This document shows, piece by piece, positions 1 through 5,651 of a stretch of 9,234 nucleotides of DNA (its first letter is position 1; each line of letters starts with the position of its first letter). The notes under the pieces were generated by a model. The model made no database searches, had not been told where the DNA came from, and saw only the letters and a program-made list of their open reading frames with translations. Source of the stretch: a virus (lineage: Duplodnaviria; Heunggongvirae; Uroviricota; Caudoviricetes); the IMG/VR virus record IMGVR_UViG_2534681773_000016, positions 1-9,234 of that record; one strand, 5' to 3'. A program made the position numbers and the translations under genes.

Positions 1-1839
1 TATGATGTTGTCAGGGCGGCGTCGCCGTCAGACCTTGCGGAAAAGCTGACACACAAACTGAAAGAGGGCTGGCAGCCATACGGCGGACCGGTTGCCATTA
101 CGCCGTACACACTGATGCAGGCGGTGGCTATTGAAGGAGATCCACAGGTCGGCCCTTCATCTGAGCCGGACTGGTTCTACGTGGTTGTGCTTGCCGGACA
201 GTCCAACGGCATGGCCTACGGTGAAGGGCTTCCGTTACCGGATTCTTACGATGCTCCGGATCCGCGCATTAAACAGCTGGCGCGCCGCAGCACGGTAACT
301 CCGGGTGGAGAGAGTTGTACGTATAACGACATCATCCCGGCTGACCACTGTCTGCATGATGTGCAGGATATGAGTACGCTGAATCATCCGAAGGCAGACC
401 TGAGCAAAGGGCAGTACGGCTGTGTCGGCCAGGGCTTACATATTGCCAAAAAACTGCTCCCGTATATCCCGAATAACGCGGGGATCCTGCTGGTACCATG
501 CTGTCGTGGTGGTTCGGCATTCACCCAGGGCGCGGAGGGGACATTCAGTGCGGACGCGGGGGCCAGCCAGGATTCGGCGCGCTGGGGTGTGGGTAAACCG
601 TTATATCAGGACCTGATTGCGCGCACTAAAGCTGCATTACAGAAGAACCCGAAAAATGTGTTGCTGGCGGTGTGCTGGATGCAGGGAGAGTTTGACATGA
701 GCGCCGCCACCTACGCACAGCAACCTGCGCTGTTTACAGCCATGCTGAAGCAGTTTCGTGCTGACCTCACTGTGTTTAACGCGCAGTGTCATGGTGGCAG
801 TGCTGCAGATGTGCCGTGGATTTGTGGTGACACGACGTATTACTGGAAAAATACATACGCTACCCAGTACGACACCGTGTACGGCGGGTATAAAAACAGG
901 GAGAGTGAGGGCGTTTATTTTGTGCCCTTCATGGCAGACGGTAACGGCGTCAATACCGCCACTAACGCGCCGGCAGAAGATCCGGATATTCCGGCATCAG
1001 GATATTACGGTGCGGCATCGAGAACGAATGGAAACCAGGTATCATCAAACCGCCCGACACATTTCAGTTCATGGGCGCGCAGGAGCATTATTCCGGATCG
1101 TCTGGCAACCGCTATTCTGAACGCAGCCGGGCGCACCTCAGCCTTCATCAGTGGTAAGGCACCGGAAATCAAACCCTCGCCCGGCGGCAACACGCCATCG
1201 GGTCCGTCTGCAGATACGTCCGTTCGCACAATCTCCCTGCTGCCGGCAGCCGGAGAGGCTGCTGCGCAGGGCTGGAGCATTAAGGATGGCGGAATTCAGT
1301 TGTCAGATGGTGTATTTAAGATCACCAAGCAGAGCAATAAAACCTGGTCCCTGACGCATCCGGTGGATGACGCAATTACCCTGCTGACACAGGGCGGCAG
1401 ACTGACCTGTAAGTTCCGCCTGTCAGGCGCACTGACCAACAATCAGTTCGGGCTGGGGATTTATCTGTATACGGATGCTCCCGTTCCTGATGGTGTGGCG
1501 ATGACGGGTACCGGTAATCCGTTCCTGATGTCGTACTTCACTCAGACCACTGACGGCAGAGTGAATCTGATGCATCACAGGAAAGCCGGAAACACGAAGC
1601 TGGGGGAGTTCGGCGATTACGGTAACGACTGGCAGACGCTGGAGCTGGTGTTCACCGCCGGCAGTGCCACGGTTACTCCGAAACTGAATGGAGTGGCTGG
1701 CCCGGCATTCCAGGTTATAAAAGACGGTCTGACACTGGGACTGAATGCGCTGACGCTGACGGATGTTACCAAAAATGCAGCGTATGGCGTTGAGATAGAA
1801 AGTCTGGTGCTGGAGATAAATGCACCGGCATCATCATAA
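1..1839 (+). CDS. nanS-p: Prophage sialate O-acetylesterase, NanS-p-like (DUF1737-like N-terminal segment + SASA/SGNH esterase + C-terminal domain); 5' end lies upstream of the window
   Basis: Frame 1 is open from base 1 to TAA at 1837-1839; the ORF track starts at M115 only because the true start is outside the window. Residues 1-40 (YDVVRAASPSDLAEKLTHKLKEGWQPYGGPVAITPYTLMQ) look like the DUF1737 segment. The GQSNGMAYGEG block at ~aa 66-76 is the SASA-family (GQSN) variant of the SGNH active-site motif. Position immediately upstream of the holin matches NanS-p genes of Stx/lambdoid prophages. Confidence 0.8.
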   Translation, partial: YDVVRAASPSDLAEKLTHKLKEGWQPYGGPVAITPYTLMQAVAIEGDPQVGPSSEPDWFYVVVLAGQSNGMAYGEGLPLPDSYDAPDPRIKQLARRSTVTPGGESCTYNDIIPADHCLHDVQDMSTLNHPKADLSKGQYGCVGQGLHIAKKLLPYIPNNAGILLVPCCRGGSAFTQGAEGTFSADAGASQDSARWGVGKPLYQDLIARTKAALQKNPKNVLLAVCWMQGEFDMSAATYAQQPALFTAMLKQFRADLTVFNAQCHGGSAADVPWICGDTTYYWKNTYATQYDTVYGGYKNRESEGVYFVPFMADGNGVNTATNAPAEDPDIPASGYYGAASRTNGNQVSSNRPTHFSSWARRSIIPDRLATAILNAAGRTSAFISGKAPEIKPSPGGNTPSGPSADTSVRTISLLPAAGEAAAQGWSIKDGGIQLSDGVFKITKQSNKTWSLTHPVDDAITLLTQGGRLTCKFRLSGALTNNQFGLGIYLYTDAPVPDGVAMTGTGNPFLMSYFTQTTDGRVNLMHHRKAGNTKLGEFGDYGNDWQTLELVFTAGSATVTPKLNGVAGPAFQVIKDGLTLGLNALTLTDVTKNAAYGVEIESLVLEINAPASS

Positions 1840-1924
1840 AAAGTGAGCCAGTCAAATGGAAGGTATCGTTAAACTCACCGGTAGTGTCAGTGGGTCGTCT
1901 GAGATGCCTGCATGAGTTATCAGA

Positions 1925-1954
1925 GCCATCAGTACTTAACTGGTGGCTTTTTTT
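1925..1954 (+). terminator. Rho-independent terminator between nanS-p and the holin
   Basis: 8-bp stem 1925-1932 (GCCATCAG) pairing with 1940-1947 (CTGGTGGC), one G-U pair, 7-nt loop, followed by T7 at 1948-1954. Confidence 0.7.
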
Positions 1955-1989
1955 ATTGTTGTCAGCTTCCGGATAACGGGAGACGGGGT

Positions 1990-2205
1990 ATGTACCAGAT
2001 GGAAAAAATCACAACAGGTGTGTCATACACCACGTCAGCGGTGGGAACGGGCTACTGGTTCCTGCAGTTGCTGGACAGGGTTTCCCCGTCTCAGTGGGCG
2101 GCAATAGGCGTGCTGGGGAGTCTGCTGTTTGGGCTGCTGACATATCTGACTAACCTGTATTTCAAAATCAGAGAGGACCGTCGTAAGGCTGCACGGGGAG
2201 AGTAA
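1990..2205 (+). CDS. S: Class II pinholin, phage 21 S21-like, with dual-start motif (Met1 at 1990, Met4 at 1999)
   Basis: 71 aa, [71 protein letters not shown]. Two TMDs and a charged C-terminus, near-identical in pattern to S21 68/71 as I remember it. GGGAGACGGGG SD-like element sits upstream of ATG 1990. The ORF-track start at 1912 is rejected because it precedes the terminator and lacks an RBS. Confidence 0.9.
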   Translation: MYQMEKITTGVSYTTSAVGTGYWFLQLLDRVSPSQWAAIGVLGSLLFGLLTYLTNLYFKIREDRRKAARGE

Positions 2206-2209
2206 TTCA

Positions 2210-2524
2210 ATGACTCAAAACTATGAACTGATTGTGAAAGGGATCCGCAATTTTGAGAATAAAGTTACGGTAACTTTAGCGTTACGGGACAAAAAACGCT
2301 TTGACGGTGAAATTTTTGACCTGGACATCTCGCTGGACCGTGTTGAAGGTGCCGCGCTGGAGTTTTATGAGGCAGCAGCCAGAAGGAGCATCAGACAGGT
2401 CTTCCTGGATGTTGCTGCCGGGTTATGTGAAGAGGACGAGCTGTTGCCAGAAACGCGCCCCTGTTCAGAGGCGCGGAATACCATAAAAATTAACAGTTCT
2501 GATAACTCGATTACGTGTTGTTAG
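2210..2524 (+). CDS. Small conserved prophage protein between holin and endolysin (YdfR / DUF1327-like, from memory)
   Basis: 104-aa ORF starting 5 nt after the holin stop, with GGAGAG SD 9 nt upstream. N-terminal half (MTQNYELIVKGIRNFENKVTVTLALRDKKRFDGEIFDLD...) resembles the small ORF found at this position in E. coli Qin-type lysis cassettes. Family assignment is unverified. Confidence 0.65.
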   Translation: MTQNYELIVKGIRNFENKVTVTLALRDKKRFDGEIFDLDISLDRVEGAALEFYEAAARRSIRQVFLDVAAGLCEEDELLPETRPCSEARNTIKINSSDNSITCC

Positions 2525-2579
2525 CTTTTTGCAGTTGGCTTTCCAGTATCTTTCATTGGTAGCATCCTGATAAATATCC

Positions 2580-3113
2580 ATGAGCGCAAAAATCAAATAC
2601 GGCCTGTCAGCTGCTGTTCTGGCGCTGATTGCTGCAGGCGCGTCTGCTCCTCAGATACTTGACCAGTTTCTGGACGAAAAAGAGGGTAACCACACAACGG
2701 CATACCGCGATGGTTCCGGCATCTGGACCATCTGTCGGGGGGCCACGATGGTGGATGGAAAACCCGTTTTTCCCGGTATGAAACTGTCGAAGGAAAAATG
2801 CGACCAGGTCAACGCCATTGAGCGTGATAAGGCGCTGGCATGGGTGGAGAAAAACATCAAAGTGCCATTGAGCGAACCCCAGAAAGCGGGGATCGCGTCA
2901 TTCTGTCCGTACAACATTGGTCCCGGTAAGTGTTTCCCGTCGACGTTTTATAAACGAATTAATGCAGGTGATCGCAGGGGAGCGTGTGAGGCGATTCGCT
3001 GGTGGATTAAGGACGGTGGCAGAGACTGCCGTATTCGTTCAAACAACTGCTACGGTCAGGTATCCCGTCGTGACCAGGAGAGCGCGCTGGCGTGCTGGGG
3101 TATCGACAGATAA
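2580..3113 (+). CDS. R: SAR (signal-anchor-release) endolysin, T4-lysozyme-like (GH24), R21/P1 Lyz type
   Basis: 177 aa. N-terminal Gly/Ala/Ser-rich weakly hydrophobic SAR domain (GLSAAVLALIAAGASA) followed by the catalytic E...D...T spacing (DEKEGNHTTAYRDGSGIWTICRGAT). Pairing with a pinholin is the expected arrangement. Confidence 0.9.
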   Translation: MSAKIKYGLSAAVLALIAAGASAPQILDQFLDEKEGNHTTAYRDGSGIWTICRGATMVDGKPVFPGMKLSKEKCDQVNAIERDKALAWVEKNIKVPLSEPQKAGIASFCPYNIGPGKCFPSTFYKRINAGDRRGACEAIRWWIKDGGRDCRIRSNNCYGQVSRRDQESALACWGIDR

Positions 3114-3207
3114 GCAGAATATTTTGCTGAAAAATAAGGCATGGCCACGCGGGCGGATAACATGAAATCCTGCGAACTGGCGAAACGTAAGTGAATAAAA
3201 GTAAAAA

Positions 3208-3237
3208 CCCCGTTTGTTGGCACCAAGCGGGGGTTTT
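3208..3237 (+). terminator. Terminator-like hairpin in the R-Rz intergenic insertion
   Basis: 9-bp stem 3208-3216 pairing with 3224-3232 (one G-U), 7-nt loop, then T4 at 3234-3237. An A5 run at 3203-3207 upstream means it could act on either strand. The T-tract is short, so strength is moderate. Confidence 0.5.
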
Positions 3238-3273
3238 GTGTTTCCTGACTCCGGAAAAGTCAAAGGAGAAAGT

Positions 3274-3411
3274 GTGTTTGATTTTAGCAAACTGATTCGG
3301 GAGATTCGAGTGATGGCTGAAAAATTATCCACCTGGAAGTTCATTCTTATCTGGCTGGTGTTTGTGATTATGGCCTCCGGTTATTTCATCGGTCAGATAC
3401 GCTGGTGGTGA
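3274..3411 (+). CDS. Small single-TMD membrane protein of unknown function, inserted between endolysin and Rz
   Basis: GTG start at 3274 preceded by AAGGAG (3263-3268) with a 5-nt spacer. 45 aa with one hydrophobic helix ([22 protein letters not shown]). Stop TGA 3409-3411 lies 1 nt before the Rz ATG at 3413, suggesting translational coupling. An alternative start at ATG 3313 would give 32 aa. Confidence 0.55.
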   Translation: MFDFSKLIREIRVMAEKLSTWKFILIWLVFVIMASGYFIGQIRWW

Positions 3412-3412
3412 A

Positions 3413-3880
3413 ATGAACCGCGTACTGTGCGTGGTCATCATTGCCCTGCTGGTGGCCTGTGGTGCGCTTAGTCTGGGGCTGAATCATTACCGTGATAACG
3501 CCATTACCTACAAAGCCCAGCGCGACAAAAATGTCAGAGAACTGAAGCTGGCGAACGCGGCAATTACTGACATGCAGATGCGTCAGCGTGATGTTGCTGC
3601 GCTCGATGCAAAATACACGAAGGAGTTAGCTGATGCGAAAGCTGAAAATGATGCTCTTCGTCGCAAGCTTGATAATGGTGGCAGGGTGCTCGTCAAAGGA
3701 AAATGCCCTGTGCCATCCTCAGCCGAAACCTCCAGCGCCTCCGGCATGGGCAATGATGCCACCGTCGAACTCTCTCCAGTTGCTGGACGAAACGTTCTCG
3801 GTATCCGGGACGGAATTATCCGCGACCAAACAGCACTGAGAACGCTTCAGGAATACATCAGGACGCAATGCCTTCGATGA
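3413..3880 (+). CDS. Rz: Rz i-spanin (inner-membrane spanin subunit)
   Basis: 155 aa with N-terminal TMD. Central segment [59 protein letters not shown] is essentially lambda Rz as I remember it; both termini differ. Confidence 0.9.
   Translation: MNRVLCVVIIALLVACGALSLGLNHYRDNAITYKAQRDKNVRELKLANAAITDMQMRQRDVAALDAKYTKELADAKAENDALRRKLDNGGRVLVKGKCPVPSSAETSSASGMGNDATVELSPVAGRNVLGIRDGIIRDQTALRTLQEYIRTQCLR
3633..3839 (+). CDS. Rz1: Rz1 o-spanin lipoprotein, embedded in the +1 frame of Rz
   Basis: 68 aa. Signal peptide with lipobox MVAGC, followed by a proline-rich stretch ([17 protein letters not shown]). Lies wholly inside Rz in another frame, the canonical embedded-spanin arrangement. Confidence 0.85.
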   Translation: MRKLKMMLFVASLIMVAGCSSKENALCHPQPKPPAPPAWAMMPPSNSLQLLDETFSVSGTELSATKQH

Positions 3881-4054
3881 TAGCGATAATTTTACTCATC
3901 ATCCTTCACATCTGGCTCTGTAGACAGGGTGGTGATCACTTCTGGAGTGAATCCAGATTTAACATCTCATTGCTGATGCTTGATATTGAGCATCTTGCGC
4001 GCGGTAAGGAGCTGCGTTGAGATAAGAGCCAGTCATCACAAACACCAGGATTTA

Positions 4055-4077
4055 GCCTCGCATTCGCGGGGCTTTTT
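4055..4077 (+). terminator. Rho-independent terminator downstream of Rz/Rz1
   Basis: 7-bp stem 4055-4061 (GCCTCGC) pairing with 4066-4072 (GCGGGGC), one G-U, 4-nt loop ATTC, then T5 at 4073-4077. Confidence 0.65.
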
Positions 4078-4098
4078 ATTGCAACAAAGGTAAAGACG

Positions 4099-4386
4099 AT
4101 GGATGAAGAATATCGTAAAGACCTGCAATTGTGGTTTGGCCTGACGCATGCGTCGTTCTGCGTGATGCCGAGAGTATTCATGGAGGCTATGCCGCAAGAA
4201 TGGCAAGAGAAGATGGCGCAGTTGCTTTTTGAGTATGGCGACACGATCAAAACGGATGTCTGCGGAGTTCACAGCTGTTTCGTTACTGCCAAAGACGGCA
4301 ACAACCGCTTTATGAGGATGCCAGAAGATATTCTGAACTATCGTCATCCCCGGCGTGAGTTCATCGAATCATTTCTGAAGAAGTAG
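4099..4386 (+). CDS. Hypothetical protein (moron ORF A), family not recognised
   Basis: 95-aa ORF with ATG start and weak AAGG SD. Codon usage looks enterobacterial (CTG, GCG, CCG). Contains a His/Cys cluster (H17, C21, C65, H68, C70). Sits 21 nt after the terminator. Confidence 0.55.
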   Translation: MDEEYRKDLQLWFGLTHASFCVMPRVFMEAMPQEWQEKMAQLLFEYGDTIKTDVCGVHSCFVTAKDGNNRFMRMPEDILNYRHPRREFIESFLKK

Positions 4387-4479
4387 CCATTACAAAGTCT
4401 ATCTGCGGGGGGCTTGATAAAGGTGCTTTCACCTCGCTTAGCATGGTATGTTCTGACTACCAACTTTTTGGGAGGACAC

Positions 4480-4704
4480 ATGGAACTGATAAATGGACGG
4501 CCAGGCAGAGATTTTATAGTGGGAACATATACCTACTCAGAAATTAAAGATCTTAACTTCATGGCTAAGGAAGAGAAAAGAGCTCGTGAAGAGCTAAAGC
4601 ATCGGGGTTACGAATTGGCGTATATCAAGGCGGACTCTGAATGTAACGGGATGTTTGTCAGGGCGTACCGGGTCTATACTGACAAAGCGCCATCTAATGT
4701 CTAA
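4480..4704 (+). CDS. Hypothetical small protein (moron ORF B), family not recognised
   Basis: 74-aa ORF from ATG 4480 with GGGAGGA SD at 4470-4476. Highly charged (KEEKRAREELKHR). The ORF-track start at 4414 is a TTG without RBS and is rejected. GC about 44% by hand count. Confidence 0.55.
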   Translation: MELINGRPGRDFIVGTYTYSEIKDLNFMAKEEKRAREELKHRGYELAYIKADSECNGMFVRAYRVYTDKAPSNV

Positions 4705-4751
4705 ATATACCTCGGGCGGTTTTTTACGTTCATTACCGTACGCAATTACAG

Positions 4752-4779
4752 CAGGCATTCATTGAGTGCCTGTGATAAT
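4752..4779 (+). promoter_or_regulatory. Candidate extended -10 promoter overlapped by an inverted repeat, upstream of moron ORF C
   Basis: TGtGATAAT at 4771-4779 is an extended -10-like element. Inverted repeat CAGGCA (4752-57) / TGCCTG (4767-72) with a 9-nt spacer overlaps the -35-equivalent region, which is itself poor (GCAGGC). No experimental support. Confidence 0.3.
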
Positions 4780-4839
4780 GATTTATCAACGTGCTTGCAA
4801 ACGGTATTCTAGACCTCCAATTATCCTAAGGAGGTTTTT

Positions 4840-5244
4840 GTGGTTAAAAATTTAGAATACATGAAGGGGATGCTTGAGGTATTTTTGAAAGCGAAAACTC
4901 CCTTTATATCTACAAAAGACTTAGCTAATGCGGGGTACGATATCTGCTCGAATGAAGGGATGTTTCATTATCTACTTCTTATTGAGCAAGGTTATATCAG
5001 TAATAAAGATCTAATAACGGATGACATAACTAAACTGGGCTACATGCGCCATTGTGGCCATATGCTAGATATGGGTACCGACGTGCGACTATCTGCGCAG
5101 GGACAAGAATTCGCCCAGGCATTAAATGAACCTACGGTTTTTGAGAAATTAAAGTCAATGAGCGATGCCCCTTTGAGTACAATCAAAGATGTTGGGCTGG
5201 AGTTAACGAAGGCCTATTTAAAGAAGAAATTTGGCCTCGAGTAA
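4840..5244 (+). CDS. Hypothetical protein (moron ORF C), low GC; possibly a winged-helix-type small protein (DUF2513-like is a guess)
   Basis: 134-aa ORF from GTG 4840, preceded by the strongest SD in the window (AAGGAGG 4828-4834, 5-nt spacer). GC about 40% by hand count over 4801-5280, versus 50% or more in terminase and esterase genes. Confidence 0.6.
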   Translation: MVKNLEYMKGMLEVFLKAKTPFISTKDLANAGYDICSNEGMFHYLLLIEQGYISNKDLITDDITKLGYMRHCGHMLDMGTDVRLSAQGQEFAQALNEPTVFEKLKSMSDAPLSTIKDVGLELTKAYLKKKFGLE

Positions 5245-5304
5245 AATTTCTACCCTCACGAGTTAAGTTGTTTTGTGATGGTTATTCGCAATGAATATCT
5301 CTAG

Positions 5305-5331
5305 CCACTGGCATTTGCTGGTGGTTTTTTT
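5305..5331 (+). terminator. Rho-independent terminator closing the moron cassette, upstream of cos
   Basis: 8-bp stem 5305-5312 (CCACTGGC) pairing with 5317-5324 (GCTGGTGG), two G-U pairs, 4-nt loop, then T7 at 5325-5331. Confidence 0.55.
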
Positions 5332-5456
5332 ATGCGCATCCCTCGCGCACCACAAAGGGAGTCTTTCAGTAGTGATTCTGAATATCAGTGTGATAAACGT
5401 ATTTGACAATCATTATCATTTTTGGTGGGTCCTTTCCGGCGATCCGACAGGTTACG

Positions 5457-5468
5457 GGGCGGCGACCT
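5457..5468. other. cosN: cosN cohesive-end site (12-nt sequence GGGCGGCGACCT), with a lambda-like cosQ-side flank upstream
   Basis: 5424-5502 reads GGTGGGTCCTTTCCGGcGATCCGACAGGTTACG / GGGCGGCGACCT / CGCGGGTTTTCGCTATTTATGAAAATTTTCCGG. From memory this matches the lambda right end plus the first ~46 nt of the lambda left end with one mismatch. It sits ~185 bp upstream of the small terminase gene, as in lambda. Confidence 0.85.
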
Positions 5469-5505
5469 CGCGGGTTTTCGCTATTTATGAAAATTTTCCG
5501 GGATC

Positions 5506-5604
5506 CATGTCCGGTTTCTCTGCAAGTTAACTATATGAAAAATATAAAAACAGGCTGTCCGTGAACCGGACATGTGCAAAAAACGGACATGTAAACCGGA
5601 CATG
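5506..5604. repeat. cosB: cosB-like region: four copies of a 9-mer (CCGGACATG) flanking an AT-rich tract; candidate small-terminase binding sites
   Basis: CATGTCCGG at 5506-5514 (inverted) and CCGGACATG at 5566-5574, aCGGACATG at 5583-5591, CCGGACATG at 5596-5604 (direct). AT-rich tract AAAAATATAAAAA at 5539-5551 lies between them, analogous to the lambda R3-I1-R2-R1 layout but with a different repeat sequence. Additional inverted repeat AACCGG(n6)CCGGTT at 5594-5611. Confidence 0.6.
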
Positions 5605-5651
5605 ACCGGTTTTGTGCTGATTGTGAGGTAAGAGTTTTTGCGAGGTGAGGA

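Noticed and set aside
14-36. cos-like string GGGCGGCG...ACCT near the window start
   Set aside because: Only a partial resemblance (GGGCGGCGtcgccgtcagACCT) and it lies inside the esterase coding frame. The genuine 12-mer with lambda-like flanks is at 5457-5468.
332-1354. Internal and antisense ORFs within the esterase gene (332-520 -, 422-616 +, 758-1120 +, 1005-1280 -, 1151-1354 +)
   Set aside because: Out-of-frame or antisense overlaps of a long ORF that carries a recognisable esterase motif; Arg-rich, no RBS.
1912-1989. Upstream ATG at 1912 as the holin start (97-aa version)
   Set aside because: The extension would be translated across the terminator hairpin at 1925-1954 and has no SD. 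The MYQM dual start at 1990 has an SD and gives the canonical 71/68-aa pinholin.
2301-2486. 61-aa + strand ORF overlapping the YdfR-like gene in another frame (likewise 2917-3165 +, 2651-2917 - and 3039-3344 - over the endolysin and the R-Rz spacer)
   Set aside because: Overlapping-frame ORFs with no RBS and low-complexity translations; 3039-3344 also runs through the terminator hairpin.
3141-3194. 17-aa micro-ORF upstream of the 3208 hairpin, and the idea of a small RNA ending at that terminator
   Set aside because: No usable SD (1-nt spacing) and no convincing -35/-10 promoter within 3114-3200; cannot be supported from sequence alone.
3936-4347. Two minus-strand ORFs (3936-4250, 4036-4347) opposite moron ORF A
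   Set aside because: Cys/Ser/Arg-rich translations that span the 4055-4077 terminator, with no RBS; the + strand ORF has better codon usage and start context. Confidence in ORF A itself remains moderate.
4414-4479. TTG start at 4414 for moron ORF B (96-aa version)
   Set aside because: Rare start codon with no RBS; an in-frame ATG at 4480 is directly preceded by GGGAGGA.
4705-4730. T6 run after moron ORF B as a terminator
   Set aside because: No stable hairpin precedes the T-run (best stem is 4 bp with a ~20-nt loop).
5291-5530. 79-aa + strand ORF from the six-frame track
   Set aside because: It runs across the 5305-5331 terminator hairpin and straight through cosN; it has no RBS and a low-complexity hydrophobic translation. 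It is an open frame over non-coding packaging sequence.
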